Position numbers and translations under genes: made by a program | Notes under the pieces: generated by a model | What the model was told of the DNA's origin: nothing | The model's input: the letters and a program-made list of their open reading frames with translations, nothing else | Database searches by the model: none | DNA from: a bacterium | GTDB taxonomy: Bacteria > Actinomycetota > Acidimicrobiia > Spongiisociales > ZC4RG35 | NCBI GenBank assembly: GCA_028823995.1 | Contig: JAPPFD010000031.1 | Span: forward strand, 123,877-187,876 | Length of the DNA stretch: 64,000 nt | Direction of reading: 5' to 3' | Shown here: positions 19,115-30,043 of the stretch, piece by piece | Numbering within the stretch: position 1 is the stretch's first letter | How the letters are laid out: each line of letters opens with the position of its first letter

Positions 19115-19978
19115 ATGAGTTGGGACGTCATCGGCCAGCAACTCTGGAACGGTCTTCTCAACGGTTCGATCTACGTGATATTCGCGGCCGGGTTGAGCCT
19201 CGTGTTCGGAGTAATGAGGGTGATCAACATGGCGCATGGCGAGTTGACCATGTTGGGGGCCATGCTTTTGTTCACGGCCACCGATCTGGTGGGATTGGGC
19301 TATTTCACGGGTGCCGCGCTGGTGGTGGTGGTGATGGCCCTGGCCGGATTCCTGGTCAACCGGGTAACGGTCCGCCCGTTCCTGGGGCATTCGGAGTTGG
19401 TGGTGATCCTCTCGACCGTGGCGTTGAGCTTCATGTTGCTGAACGGCAGTCTTGTGGTATGGGGGTCGGGGCCCAAGGGAGTTGATAAGCCTTTCAATGA
19501 GATTGTCCAGGTGGGAGGGGTGTACGTGACCACCGCCAGCGTCCTCCTGGTTGGGGTGTGCTTTGCCGCGGTCCTGGGGTTGTACCTGATGCTGACTTTC
19601 ACCAAGCTGGGGAAGAAGACCCGGGCCACCGGCCAGAACCTGCTGGGTGCCCGTCTGATAGGGATCAATACCACCGCCGTCTATGACACCACCCTGATAG
19701 TGGCGTCCGGATTGGCGGCCCTGGCCGGAGTGTTGATCGTCCTGGTTTCGTCCGCATCTCCCAACCTGGGACAACCCCTGCTCATCACCGGCTTCGCGGT
19801 GGTGATTGTGGCCGGGATGGGAAATGTGGCGGGCGCGGTGGCGGTGGGGTTGTTCATGGGTGTGACCGAGGCGTTGTTCGGCCAGTTCGTCTCCACCTAT
19901 TACCGCCAGGGATACCTGTACGTGGTGATGATCATCGTCCTGCTGCTTCGCCCACAGGGCCTGTTCGGGAGGAAATGA
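19115..19978 (+). CDS. livH: Branched-chain amino acid-type ABC permease (LivH family)
   Basis: 8 TM helices, LivH-like 'INMAHGELTMLGA'. Confidence 0.85.
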   Translation: MSWDVIGQQLWNGLLNGSIYVIFAAGLSLVFGVMRVINMAHGELTMLGAMLLFTATDLVGLGYFTGAALVVVVMALAGFLVNRVTVRPFLGHSELVVILSTVALSFMLLNGSLVVWGSGPKGVDKPFNEIVQVGGVYVTTASVLLVGVCFAAVLGLYLMLTFTKLGKKTRATGQNLLGARLIGINTTAVYDTTLIVASGLAALAGVLIVLVSSASPNLGQPLLITGFAVVIVAGMGNVAGAVAVGLFMGVTEALFGQFVSTYYRQGYLYVVMIIVLLLRPQGLFGRK

Positions 19979-19979
19979 G

Positions 19980-21002
19980 GTGCGGTTGAGAATCCCTCCG
20001 GGGTGGTGGCTGGGCGGTCTGGTGCTCCTGGTGGTCGTGTTGGTACCGCTGTTCCTGTTCACCAACACCTACAACCGCGGGCTGTTGGTCCTGATCGTGA
20101 TATATGCGATCGCCGGGCTCAGTCTCGATTACATCATGGGCGAGATGGGGCAATTCTCCTTCGGACACGCCGCTTTCTGGGGGTTCGGCGCCTATGTCTC
20201 GGCCAAACTGGCACTCGATCTGGGTATTTCCCCGTGGATCGGTTTCCTGGCGGCGCCGGCGGCCGCCGGCCTGGTTGGCCTCCTGATCGGCTACATCGCC
20301 CTGCGCCGCACCCGGAACCTGGAACTGGCGATCGTCACCCTGGGCTTCGGGGTATTGGCCTGGACGGTCGCTCTGCGGTGGCGGCCGGTCACCGGCGGCC
20401 CGTCAGGACTGCGCCAGGTCCCCCCGCCCAGTCTGTTCGGCTGGGAGATACGCTCGGAGTTGGCCTACTTCTACTTCGCCCTGCTGCTCCTGCTGGGCAT
20501 TGTGTTCCTCCTGTCGAGGTTGCGGACCTCCCGCTTCGGCAGAGGCGTACGCAGCATTCATGAGAACGAGGACCTCGCCAAGTCCATAGGTGTGGCGGCC
20601 ACCAAGTACTACGTCCTGGCGTTCTCGTTCGCATGCGCGCTGGTGGGATTCTCCGGCGCCCTTTACGCCCACCACTTCCGGTTCGTAAACCCGAATCTGT
20701 TGGGTCTCGACTACATGTTCATCTTCTTGATAGTCGTCCTGGTGGGAGGGACGGGGACTCTGTGGGGACCGGTAATGGGCGCGGCGATCTTCGTCCTGGT
20801 GAGCGAGTGGCTCCGGGCTCTGCAGGAATATCGCTTCGTGATATTCGGCGTGGTGCTGCTGCTGGTGGTGCTGTTCATGCCGATTGGGGTCTTTCCCGCC
20901 CTGCAGAAGGTTGCGCGGCGCATCAGGGGACGCAGCGATGAGGACACGGACGGCGCCCCGGCGAGCGAAGATCGCGCTCTGGAAGCGGACAGGGCGAGAT
21001 AG
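19980..21002 (+). CDS. livM: ABC permease (LivM family)
   Basis: LivM-like TM profile, 340 aa. Confidence 0.85.
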   Translation: MRLRIPPGWWLGGLVLLVVVLVPLFLFTNTYNRGLLVLIVIYAIAGLSLDYIMGEMGQFSFGHAAFWGFGAYVSAKLALDLGISPWIGFLAAPAAAGLVGLLIGYIALRRTRNLELAIVTLGFGVLAWTVALRWRPVTGGPSGLRQVPPPSLFGWEIRSELAYFYFALLLLLGIVFLLSRLRTSRFGRGVRSIHENEDLAKSIGVAATKYYVLAFSFACALVGFSGALYAHHFRFVNPNLLGLDYMFIFLIVVLVGGTGTLWGPVMGAAIFVLVSEWLRALQEYRFVIFGVVLLLVVLFMPIGVFPALQKVARRIRGRSDEDTDGAPASEDRALEADRAR

Positions 21003-21004
21003 GG

Positions 21005-21772
21005 ATGGCGATCCTTGAAACCACCGGCCTCACCAGGATGTTCGGCGGCCTGTCGGCGGTGGACGAGTTGGACCTCTCGGTTGAGGAGGGGGAGATCCGG
21101 GGTCTGATCGGGCCGAACGGCTCCGGCAAGACCACTGCCCTGAACCTGATAACCGGCTACATCAAGCCCACCCGGGGGATGGTCAGGTACCAGGGCTCGG
21201 ACGTTTCAGGCGAGCAACCTCACGAACTGGCGCGCTTGGGACTGGTCCGCACCTTTCAGATCACCACCCTGTTCGAGAACCTCACCGTTCGGGACAACGT
21301 CGTCCACGGAAGCCATCTCAACAACCACACATCGTTGATGGGGGCCCTGACCAGGTCCAAAAGGTACCGGCGGCAGACTGCGGAGATCGAGGACCGGGTT
21401 CGGGAGTTGCTGGCTTTCGTGGGCCTCGGCGAGCGGATCGACGCGGTGGCTCGTGACCTCTCGGCGGGAGAGCACCGGTACCTGGAGATCGCCATCGCCC
21501 TGGCTGCCAAGCCCAAGGTGCTGCTCCTGGACGAACCGGCCACCGGCCTCAACCCCGAGGAGGCGGCCTATCTGATGAACCTGATCAGGACGCTGCGCAG
21601 CCAGGGCGTCACGGTCCTCCTGGTGGAGCACAACATGCGCCTGATAACCAACATCTGCACACGGATCACCGTGCTCAACTTCGGTGCCAAGATCGCCGAG
21701 GGAACCCCCGAGGAGATAGTGGACAACCCCGATGTGATCACCGCCTACCTGGGGAAACGCCGCGGTGCTTGA
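21005..21772 (+). CDS. livG: ABC ATPase (LivG family)
   Basis: Walker A 'GPNGSGKTT', signature '[12 protein letters not shown]', Walker B 'LLLDEPATG'. Confidence 0.9.
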   Translation: MAILETTGLTRMFGGLSAVDELDLSVEEGEIRGLIGPNGSGKTTALNLITGYIKPTRGMVRYQGSDVSGEQPHELARLGLVRTFQITTLFENLTVRDNVVHGSHLNNHTSLMGALTRSKRYRRQTAEIEDRVRELLAFVGLGERIDAVARDLSAGEHRYLEIAIALAAKPKVLLLDEPATGLNPEEAAYLMNLIRTLRSQGVTVLLVEHNMRLITNICTRITVLNFGAKIAEGTPEEIVDNPDVITAYLGKRRGA

Positions 21773-22469
21773 GATCAACGCTCTCAACGTGGCCTACGGG
21801 CGGGTGCAGGTGCTCTTCGATGTCTCGATCAGCGTGCCGGAGGGGGAGTTGGTGACGGTGATCGGAGCCAACGGCGCGGGAAAGACCACTCTGCTGCTCA
21901 CCGTCTCCGGAGTGCTCAGACCCCAGAGCGGCGAGATCTCCTTCGAGGGTGAGAGAATCGACAGCCTCAGACCTCACGAGATAGTCGGCATGGGCCTGGG
22001 CCACGTGCCGCAAGGCAAGGAACTCTTTCCCGCCATGACGGTTCTGGAGAACCTCGAGATGGGCGCTCACATGGTCAACGAGGAGGACGAGTACCGCCGA
22101 CGGCTGGAGCGGGCCTTCGAGTTTTTCCCGCGCCTCTCCGAACGGGCCCGCCAGCGCGCCGGGACCCTGAGCGGCGGGGAGCAGCAGATGCTTGCCATAG
22201 CCAGGGCTCTGATGGCCGAGCCTCGGCTCCTGCTGCTGGACGAGCCGTCGGCGGGTCTGGCCCCGATCATCGTGGACCATCTGGCCGAGATCATCCTCGA
22301 CCTCAACCGCCAGGGGTTGACTGTGCTGCTGGTGGAGCAGAACGCCTTCCTGGCTTTGGAGATCGCCCGGAGAGCTTATGTGATGGAGTCGGGTTTGGTG
22401 GTCGAGAGCGGCGAGACCCAGGATGTGCTCGAGAGCGATCTCGTGCGAAGGGCCTATCTGGGGATCTGA
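21765..22469 (+). CDS. livF: ABC ATPase (LivF family)
   Basis: Walker A 'GANGAGKTT', 'LSGGEQQMLAIA', 'LLLLDEPSAG'. The stop overlaps the next gene (TGATG). Confidence 0.9.
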   Translation: MLEINALNVAYGRVQVLFDVSISVPEGELVTVIGANGAGKTTLLLTVSGVLRPQSGEISFEGERIDSLRPHEIVGMGLGHVPQGKELFPAMTVLENLEMGAHMVNEEDEYRRRLERAFEFFPRLSERARQRAGTLSGGEQQMLAIARALMAEPRLLLLDEPSAGLAPIIVDHLAEIILDLNRQGLTVLLVEQNAFLALEIARRAYVMESGLVVESGETQDVLESDLVRRAYLGI

Positions 22470-24529
22470 TGGCTGAATTCAGAATCGGGGTCGACATCGG
22501 CGGGACCTTCACCGACTGGGTGATGGCCGATTCCGAGGGTGGGGTACAGGTCGTCAAGACCCCCACCACTCCCGATGGGTTCGGGGGAGTCTTCAATGCC
22601 ATGGATGAAGCGGAAGTGACCGGAGACCGGTTCCGCTCTTTCGCTCATGGGACCACCCTGGGCACCAACGCCTTGATAGAAAGACGCCTCCCGCGGGTGG
22701 CCATGGTGACCACCAGGGGAGTCACCGCCGTCCTGACCCAAGCCGCCCGCGGCTCGAAGGAGGACATATGGGACATCTATCACGAGTCCCCCCGTCCCTC
22801 GATCGTCAAGCCGCGAGACCGCTTGGAAGTCACTGAACGGACGCTCAGTTCCGGCGAGGTGCGTACCCCTCTCGACGAGAGGGAGGCCCGGGCGGTGGCT
22901 CGGATCCTGCGGGGTCGGGGCATCCGCACCATCGCCGTGTGCTTCCTGCATTCCTACACCAACGGCCGCAACGAACGGAGGATGAAGGAGATCATCCTGG
23001 AGGAGTTCCCGGAGGCGCTGGTCCGGACCTCCCATGAGACCATTCCTCGCATTCTCGAGTACGAGCGTTTCACCACCACCATCCTCAACGTGGCCCTGAT
23101 CCCGGTGATGATCGATTACCTGCAGGCACTGGAGCAGGGTCTGCGGAGTCGGGACTACCCCGGCGACGTGCTGATCGTGCAGTCGGCGGGAGGCCTGATG
23201 GGGGTGGAGGCCACCTCCAACATCCCGGTCCGTACCGCCAATTCGGGTCCCTCGGCGGGCGCGATCGCGGCCCGAGAGATAGGGGCCCTTGCCGGTTTCG
23301 AGAACATCATCGGCCTCGACATCGGCGGGACCAGCACCGACGTCTCGGTTACCCTCGAAGGCCAGTTGAGGACCACCGAGACCTGGGAGGTGGAGTGGGG
23401 ACATCCGATCATGTTCCCGGCGGTGGACATCATCACCGTCGGAGCAGGGGGAGGGTCGGTGGCGTGGTTCGACCCGGGAGGAAAGCTCCGTTCGGGACCT
23501 CACAGTATGAGGGCCGTGCCCGGACCGGCCTGTTACGGCAAGGGAGGGGACCAGCCCACCAACACCGACGCCCACGTGGTGATGGGGAACCTCCGGCCGG
23601 GCGCCATGTTGGGCGGGGCGATGGAGATCTCACCGGAGCTTGCCCACAAGGTGATCCATGACGGGATCGGTCGAAGGCTGGGCGGCGACACCGTCTCCGC
23701 CGCGGCGGCGGTGATCGCGGTGGCCGAGGCGAACATGGCCAACGCCATCAGGCTGGCCACCATGAGGCGGGGGCTGGACCCCCGCGACTTCGCCCTGGTG
23801 GCATTCGGCGGCGCCGGGCCGTTCCATGGGGCGCGGGTGGCGGCCGAGTTGTCAATACCCACCGTGCTGGTGCCTCCCCGGCCCGGACTCACTTCGGCTC
23901 TGGGTTGTCTCATGGCCGACATCCGCCATGACCTGGGCGCCAGCATGTTCTATGGGGAGGCGGCGGCGGTCGACATCGACGAGATGAACGAGCGTTTTGA
24001 CGAGTTCGACGCCCAGGTACGGGCGGCCCTGGACCGGGAGGGCATTGCGCCGGAGAGCCAGTTCGTGGAGAAGACCATCGACATGTGCTACGCGGGACAA
24101 TGGAGGGTGTTCGCCATCCCGGTCTCCGGAAAGATGACCAGGGAGAGTCTTTCGGAGAGCGTGGAACTCTTCAGGAAGTTGTACCTGCAGAGGTTCACCT
24201 TCGACCTGGGGGAGCGGGAAGTGGAGATCCACGGAATAAACGTCACCGGAACGGGGATCTCCGACAAGTACCGGCCGCAGGCGGCCGAGCAGGGTTCCGC
24301 CGCGGCCACCGCCTCTGCGTCACGTCAGGTCTACTGGCGAGAGGCGGGAGGTTGGGTGGATACGCCGGTGTGGTCCCGGCCTTCCCTGCCGGTTGGGTTC
24401 CGGACCGTGGGGCCGGCCGTGGTGGAGCAGATGGACTCCACCACCCTGGCGCCACCCGGAATGAGTCTTTTTGTGGACCGTCATCTCAACCTGGTGCTCG
24501 ACACCACCGGAGAGGGAGGTGGGGCATGA
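22469..24529 (+). CDS. Hydantoinase/oxoprolinase family, A (HyuA/OplB-like) subunit, copy 1
   Basis: 'VDIGGTFTD' N-terminus, 'GIDIGGTSTD', 686 aa, ATP-dependent hydantoinase A family. Confidence 0.85.
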   Translation: MAEFRIGVDIGGTFTDWVMADSEGGVQVVKTPTTPDGFGGVFNAMDEAEVTGDRFRSFAHGTTLGTNALIERRLPRVAMVTTRGVTAVLTQAARGSKEDIWDIYHESPRPSIVKPRDRLEVTERTLSSGEVRTPLDEREARAVARILRGRGIRTIAVCFLHSYTNGRNERRMKEIILEEFPEALVRTSHETIPRILEYERFTTTILNVALIPVMIDYLQALEQGLRSRDYPGDVLIVQSAGGLMGVEATSNIPVRTANSGPSAGAIAAREIGALAGFENIIGLDIGGTSTDVSVTLEGQLRTTETWEVEWGHPIMFPAVDIITVGAGGGSVAWFDPGGKLRSGPHSMRAVPGPACYGKGGDQPTNTDAHVVMGNLRPGAMLGGAMEISPELAHKVIHDGIGRRLGGDTVSAAAAVIAVAEANMANAIRLATMRRGLDPRDFALVAFGGAGPFHGARVAAELSIPTVLVPPRPGLTSALGCLMADIRHDLGASMFYGEAAAVDIDEMNERFDEFDAQVRAALDREGIAPESQFVEKTIDMCYAGQWRVFAIPVSGKMTRESLSESVELFRKLYLQRFTFDLGEREVEIHGINVTGTGISDKYRPQAAEQGSAAATASASRQVYWREAGGWVDTPVWSRPSLPVGFRTVGPAVVEQMDSTTLAPPGMSLFVDRHLNLVLDTTGEGGGA

Positions 24530-26373
24530 ACAGTGACCGCCGAGGGCCGGAGCTGACGCACGGGGTCGATCCGGTCACATTCTCGATTCTCTCCAGCGCC
24601 TTCGTCAGCCTGGTGGACGAGATGGTGGAGGCGCTGCGGGACGCCTGCCTGTCGTTCGTGATCTACTGCGGAGACGTCAGCGGAGGGATGCTCAACGCCA
24701 GGGGTGAACTGGTCGCCCAGGGCACCCGGGATGTGGCGGTCCATGTCGGGGCGCTCCAACCCAGCACGCAGTCGGTGATCGAGGACTTCGCCGAGGTGGA
24801 GGGAGGGATCGAGGAGGGGGACGTCTTTGCCTTCAACGAACCCTACCGGGGAGGGACGCACCTTCCCGACATGACCTTCATCAGCCCGATCTTCTGGGAG
24901 GGCCAACTCATCGCCTTCACCGCCACCAAGGGACACTGGTCGGATGTGGGCGGCCCCACTCCGGGCTCCATGAATGCGCTGGCTTTGGACATCTATGCCG
25001 AGGGGTTGGTTATTCCCCCGCTCAAGGTGGTTTCCCGGCGTGTGATCCGCCATGACGTGAAGAACCTGATAATGGCCAACATCCGCCTGCCGGTCAATTC
25101 GACCGGTGACCTGATCGCTCACATCGAGGCGGCCAGGGTGGGGGAGAACCGTCTCCACACCCTCATAGAGAAGTACGGGCTGGAGACTGTGGTGGGCTCC
25201 ATGGAGGGGACACTCGACCATTCCGAGCGCGAACTGGCAGCCGAGATCCTTCGGTGCCCCGAGGGCACCTGGGAGACCGATGACTTCATCGACTACGATC
25301 CGCAGGCGCCCGAGGACGGTCCGGTGAGGGTCTCCCTGAAGATGACCATCCAGCACGACCCCCCGCGGGTCATCTATGACATGACCGGGTCCGGACCGCC
25401 GGTGCAGTCGGGCATGAATGGCACCCGCGGTTCGACCACCGGGGCGCTGGTGGCCGGCACCAAGTACATCTTCCCCAAGCCTCTGATGAATGCAGGGTGG
25501 CTGCGCATCATCAAGGCGATATTTCCCGAGACAAGCGTGGTCAACGCGATCAGGCCCTACGCAGTGTGCGGGGAGGTGTCGGGCGCCTACGAGAAGACCA
25601 CCGCCTGCGTCCAGCGGGTGTGGGCGCAGGTGGCGCCCCAGCGCTCCTTCGCCGGGAATTTCAACCTCGAGTACGTGGTGGCCGGCGGGGTGGACGACCG
25701 TCCCGGCCGGCACAACAATTACTTCGTCTACTACCACTGGCACACCGGCGGCTGGGGGGGAAAGTTTGGAGCGGACGGACGCGACTGCGGCGCCGCCATC
25801 TTCGGACTTGGCATACTGAACCAGTCGAGCGAGGTGATCGAGAGGATGTGGCCGGTCACCTTCGACCGCCTGGCGCCGGTCACCGACTCCATGGGCGCCG
25901 GACAGTGGCGAGGAGGGGCGGGGCTGGAGTCGGTGCTCCGGGCCGAGAACGCCGGAGGCGTGCGGCTGTCATACATCGCCGACCGGGGAGAGGAAGGCCC
26001 CGGGGGACCCCGCGGGCTGTTCGGAGGGGAGGACGGGATCCCCATCCGGGTCGCCAAGCATGTGGGCACCGACCAGGAGGAAGACCTTCCCATATACTTC
26101 GCCGACGAGTTCGTGGGCCAGCACGGCAACTTCTATCACGTGTCGTCGGGAGGAGGAGGGTACGGCGATCCACTGGAAAGGGAGCCGGAAGCGGTGCTGG
26201 AGGACGTACTGGACAGGTACGTCTCGATCGAGTCGGCGCTCAGAGACTACGGAGTGGTGATCGAGGTACGGGACGCCGATCTTCTTGACTACCTGATAGA
26301 CGTCAAAGCAACCCAAGACTTGCGGGCCGAATTGCGCGCCGCCCGATTGAACACAGGAGAGAAACTGCCATGA
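24526..26373 (+). CDS. Hydantoinase/oxoprolinase family, B (HyuB/OplA-like) subunit, copy 1
   Basis: HyuB-family homology begins at ATG 24526 (ATGA overlap with hyuA, RBS GGAGAGGGAGGTGGGG). 'NEPYRGGTHLPD' motif. The track's 24085 start is an artefactual N-terminal extension. Confidence 0.85.
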   Translation: MNSDRRGPELTHGVDPVTFSILSSAFVSLVDEMVEALRDACLSFVIYCGDVSGGMLNARGELVAQGTRDVAVHVGALQPSTQSVIEDFAEVEGGIEEGDVFAFNEPYRGGTHLPDMTFISPIFWEGQLIAFTATKGHWSDVGGPTPGSMNALALDIYAEGLVIPPLKVVSRRVIRHDVKNLIMANIRLPVNSTGDLIAHIEAARVGENRLHTLIEKYGLETVVGSMEGTLDHSERELAAEILRCPEGTWETDDFIDYDPQAPEDGPVRVSLKMTIQHDPPRVIYDMTGSGPPVQSGMNGTRGSTTGALVAGTKYIFPKPLMNAGWLRIIKAIFPETSVVNAIRPYAVCGEVSGAYEKTTACVQRVWAQVAPQRSFAGNFNLEYVVAGGVDDRPGRHNNYFVYYHWHTGGWGGKFGADGRDCGAAIFGLGILNQSSEVIERMWPVTFDRLAPVTDSMGAGQWRGGAGLESVLRAENAGGVRLSYIADRGEEGPGGPRGLFGGEDGIPIRVAKHVGTDQEEDLPIYFADEFVGQHGNFYHVSSGGGGYGDPLEREPEAVLEDVLDRYVSIESALRDYGVVIEVRDADLLDYLIDVKATQDLRAELRAARLNTGEKLP

Positions 26374-27725
26374 CAGACGCCCGTTCAAAGTTCGTAGACC
26401 TGTACACGCAACGCACGCCCGGATCCCTGCGACTCTACGAGGAAGCCAGAAGACACCTGCCTGGCGGCGTCCCCGGAAACGCCGGATTCCGTCCCCCGTA
26501 TCCCCTGTATGTGGAGGAAGCGCGCGGCCCCTTTCTCTGGGATGTGGACGGGAACAAATACATCGACTCGTTGATCGGAGGAGGCCCTCACATCCTGGGA
26601 CACTCACCTCCCGCGGTGATGGATGCGGTGGCCAAGCAACTCTCGTCGGGCACCAGCACCATCGCGCCTTCTCCCAACAACCTGGTTCTGGCGGAGAAGA
26701 TTCGAAAGCACATGCCGCACATGGAGATGATCCGCTTCGTCCACACCGGCTCGGAGGCGGTGCACATGTCGATGCGGGTCGCCCGCGCTTTCACCGGCCG
26801 CCAGAAGATCGGCAAGTTCGAGGGCAACTTCCACGGCGGTTACGACAACCTGCTGGTGAGCGGGACCTCCTTCGCCGGACCCGAGGAGCGTCCGGTCTCC
26901 CTTCCCGAGGGGGCCGGGATACCCCAGAGCGTCCTGGACGACACCGTGGTCCTCCCGTACAACAACACCGACGCCGCGGTGGCCCTGATCGAGGAACACG
27001 CCTCGGAGTTGGCCGGAGTGGTGGTGGAAGCGGTGGGGGGGACCTGGATGGCGGGGATCGTGGCCGACCAGAGGTTCCTGGAGGCGCTTCGGGAGGTCAC
27101 CGCCCACCACGGCATCCTGCTGATCTTCGACGAGGTGATCACGGGGTTCAGGGTCGCCCTGGGGGGAAGCACCGCGGTCACCGGGGTCACCCCGGACCTG
27201 GTGGCGCTGGCCAAGACCATCGGAGGAGGACTTCCGATGGGCGCCTTCGGAGGACGCCGGGACGTCATGGACCAGGTCGTCACTCCTCCCCGGGACGCCG
27301 ACGACAGGCGGGTCACCATCTTCCAGTCGGGGACCTTCCAGACCAACCTGGCCTCGCTGGCGGCGGGGATTGCCATGCTGTCGGAACTGGAGAAACCCGG
27401 CGTCTACGAGAACCTCGAGGAGACCGGCGAGCAGGTGCGAAAGGGCATCGAGAAGATCGGCGCCAACCAGGGACTGCCGGTCCAGGCCACCGGCCAGGGC
27501 CCCATCTTCGGGGTTTACTTCGCTGAAGAACCGGTGCGCACCATCCGCGATGTGCTGGCCAGCGACCGGGAGATGGCGGGGACCTTCTACCTGGGGCTGG
27601 TGGCCCACGGGATATACATCACCCCCTATCACCTCGGCTTCACCAACGCTGCCCAGAGCCAGGCCGAGATCGATCAGGTGCTGGAAGTCTGCCAGCGGGT
27701 GATGGAGACCATCAAGGAGGACTGA
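26370..27725 (+). CDS. Class III (omega) PLP aminotransferase / glutamate-semialdehyde-aminomutase-like, copy 1
   Basis: 'LIFDEVITGFR', 'AKTIGGGLPMGAFGG' (PLP Lys), 451 aa. Confidence 0.85.
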   Translation: MTDARSKFVDLYTQRTPGSLRLYEEARRHLPGGVPGNAGFRPPYPLYVEEARGPFLWDVDGNKYIDSLIGGGPHILGHSPPAVMDAVAKQLSSGTSTIAPSPNNLVLAEKIRKHMPHMEMIRFVHTGSEAVHMSMRVARAFTGRQKIGKFEGNFHGGYDNLLVSGTSFAGPEERPVSLPEGAGIPQSVLDDTVVLPYNNTDAAVALIEEHASELAGVVVEAVGGTWMAGIVADQRFLEALREVTAHHGILLIFDEVITGFRVALGGSTAVTGVTPDLVALAKTIGGGLPMGAFGGRRDVMDQVVTPPRDADDRRVTIFQSGTFQTNLASLAAGIAMLSELEKPGVYENLEETGEQVRKGIEKIGANQGLPVQATGQGPIFGVYFAEEPVRTIRDVLASDREMAGTFYLGLVAHGIYITPYHLGFTNAAQSQAEIDQVLEVCQRVMETIKED

Positions 27726-27770
27726 CGGCTTGATCTGCACGCAGACGCGACCAAAAAGGCCGGGACCGGA

Positions 27771-29003
27771 ATGAAGGGAATGCTCTCGGGTGTGACAGTC
27801 CTGGAACTGGGCCAGGTGATCGCCGGCACCTACGGTGGGATGATTCTTGCCGATCTGGGCGCCGAGGTGATCAAGATCGAGCCTTTCTGGGGCGATGCGG
27901 CCCGGAACCCGAAGATCACCCCGGTGGGATCCGAGAGCGCCATTCACCTGCAGATGAACCGGGGCAAGAAAAGCATGGTGCTCGACCTCAAGAGCGAGGC
28001 GGGGCGAGAGATCTTCTGTGAACTCGTGGCCGCTTCGGACGTGGTGATCGACAACTTCCGTCCTGGGGTCATGGAACGGCTGCGGATCGATCCCGAGAGT
28101 CTCTCCCGACACAACCCCCGGATCATCACCGTCTCCATCACCGGCTTCGGCGCCACCGGGCCGGCCCGCGATCGGCCGGCCTTCGATCTGGTGGTGCAGG
28201 CTTACAGCGGCTTGCTGGACATGACCGGCCCGGGAGACGGACCCCCGGCGCGGGTCGGGATTCCCATAGCCGACATCTGCGGCGGGATCTTCACCGCCCT
28301 GGCGGTGCTGGGCGCCCTGGTGGGCCGGGAGCTTCATGGAGAGGGCCAGCACGCCGACATCTCGATGCTTGATACCTTGGTCTCGATGCTCTCCTATGAC
28401 GCCTTCGACCACCTGAACACCGGGGCGGTGATCCAGCGGCGGGGGACCGCCCATGCTCACATCGTGCCCTGGCAGGCCTTGGAGGTGAGGGATGGCTTCG
28501 TGGTGGTGGCGGCCCGGGGTGACAAGTTCTGGAGAAACCTGTGTGACGCCATTGGTCGTCCCGACCTCAAGGACGACCCCCGCACCAGGGACAACGCCGC
28601 CCGCTTGGAGCACCGTTCCTTCGTGGAGGAGATCCTGACCACCGAGTTTGCTCGCCGGACCAAGGCCGAATGGATGGAGATGACGGAGACATACGATCTC
28701 CCGGTGGCTCCGGTCAATGACATCGCCGAGGTGTTCACGGACCCACAGGTCCTGGCGAGGGACATGGTGCGGCATTACCGGCACCCCGTTCTGGGCGATC
28801 TCTCCTACCTGACCAGCCCCGTGAAGCTCAGCGGCTGGCGCCATCCGAACCAGTCCGCTCCCATGCTGGGGGAGCACACCGCCGAGGTGCTGATGAAAAA
28901 GATGAACTACTCGCCCGAAGCGATCGAGGACCTGATCGACCAGGGCGTGGTGAGCGCGGGCGGGGACCATGACGGGATAATGGCTGCAGGGCTGGGATCA
29001 TGA
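27771..29003 (+). CDS. Family III CoA-transferase (CaiB/BaiF/Frc-like)
   Basis: 'VTVLELGQVIAGTYGGMILADLGAEVIKIE' N-terminus, 410 aa. Confidence 0.85.
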   Translation: MKGMLSGVTVLELGQVIAGTYGGMILADLGAEVIKIEPFWGDAARNPKITPVGSESAIHLQMNRGKKSMVLDLKSEAGREIFCELVAASDVVIDNFRPGVMERLRIDPESLSRHNPRIITVSITGFGATGPARDRPAFDLVVQAYSGLLDMTGPGDGPPARVGIPIADICGGIFTALAVLGALVGRELHGEGQHADISMLDTLVSMLSYDAFDHLNTGAVIQRRGTAHAHIVPWQALEVRDGFVVVAARGDKFWRNLCDAIGRPDLKDDPRTRDNAARLEHRSFVEEILTTEFARRTKAEWMEMTETYDLPVAPVNDIAEVFTDPQVLARDMVRHYRHPVLGDLSYLTSPVKLSGWRHPNQSAPMLGEHTAEVLMKKMNYSPEAIEDLIDQGVVSAGGDHDGIMAAGLGS

Positions 29004-30043
29004 CCGAAGGCGCCGGCCTCATCTCCTCGGTCACCTCCCCTCCCCTCGGCGACCAGGATGGCGGCTCCCCCGAAAGGGGTGGCGATCTTGGCGGTTTGAG
29101 CGACGCCCAACTCCTCGATGTCTTCCGGACCATGTACACCATCCGCCGTTTCGAGGTGACCATGGAACGCGCCCATCTCGCCGGAGACCTGTATGGGCCC
29201 TTCCACTCCTCGATGGGACAGGAGGCGATCCCGGCCGGGGTGTGCGCCGCTCTCCGGGCCGATGACGTGGTTGCCTCCACTCACCGCGGGCACGGGCATG
29301 CGATAGCCAAGGGCGCCGAACTCGGGCCGGTCTGCGCCGAGTTGTGGGGCAGGGCCACGGGGTACTGCGGGGGAAAGGGCGGATCGATGCACATCGTCAG
29401 CACCCGCCACGGGTTCATCGGTCAGAGTCCCATCATCGGGGGAAGCGGCCTGCTCGCCACCGGAGCGGCCCTGAGCTTCGACCTGAAGGGGGATTCGAGA
29501 GTCGCCGTGGCCTTCCTGGGAGACGGGGCGGTCGGCCAGGGGGTCTTTCACGAGACGCTTAACCTGGCGGCCATCTGGCGTCTGCCGGCTGTGTTCGTGG
29601 TGGAGAACAACGGATACGCTCACTCCTTCCGGGCCGACCAGATGCAGCTGAACCCCGACATCGCGTCGCGGGCGGAGGGCTACGGGATGCCGGGGGTGGT
29701 GGTGGACGGGACCGATGTCTTCTCGGTGTATGGGGCGGCCGAGGCCGCGGTGGAACGCGCCCGGGCCGGGGACGGTCCCACCCTGATAGAGGCCAAGTGC
29801 TACCGGTGGCGAGGGCACAACCTGGGCGACGCCGAGCATCTCTACCGGGAGCGCCAGGAGGTGGAGGAGGCCCGCCGGAACGATCCTCTCCACCGCTTCC
29901 GCCAGGCCGTGTCCGGCCGGCTGGAGCCCGGCGCCCTCGCCGGCATCGAGGCCGCCGTGGACGAAGAGATCGATGATGCAGCCAGGTTCGCCGCCGAGTC
30001 CCCGTTCGCCGATCCGCAGACCGCGCTGGAGGGGAGCTACTGA
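29000..30043 (+). CDS. TPP-dependent 2-oxoacid (acetoin/branched-chain/pyruvate-type) dehydrogenase E1 alpha subunit
   Basis: TPP motif 'GDGAVGQGVFHETLNLAAIWRLPAVFVVENNGYA', 347 aa. Confidence 0.85.
   Translation: MTEGAGLISSVTSPPLGDQDGGSPERGGDLGGLSDAQLLDVFRTMYTIRRFEVTMERAHLAGDLYGPFHSSMGQEAIPAGVCAALRADDVVASTHRGHGHAIAKGAELGPVCAELWGRATGYCGGKGGSMHIVSTRHGFIGQSPIIGGSGLLATGAALSFDLKGDSRVAVAFLGDGAVGQGVFHETLNLAAIWRLPAVFVVENNGYAHSFRADQMQLNPDIASRAEGYGMPGVVVDGTDVFSVYGAAEAAVERARAGDGPTLIEAKCYRWRGHNLGDAEHLYRERQEVEEARRNDPLHRFRQAVSGRLEPGALAGIEAAVDEEIDDAARFAAESPFADPQTALEGSY

Noticed and set aside
24085-24525. N-terminal extensions of the track ORFs 24085-26373, 36060-36929, 36551-37678 and 50767-52344
   Set aside because: Homology to HyuB, SDR and amidase families starts at internal ATGs that form ATGA overlaps with the preceding stop codons. 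The upstream parts overlap the previous genes and encode low-complexity sequence.
22469-26373. Acetone/acetophenone carboxylase interpretation of the HyuA/HyuB pairs
   Set aside because: No gamma-subunit gene is present. The B-type subunits are 589-615 aa (hydantoinase/oxoprolinase size), not the ~770-aa carboxylase alpha. The adjacent aminotransferases fit lactam or hydantoin ring-opening better.
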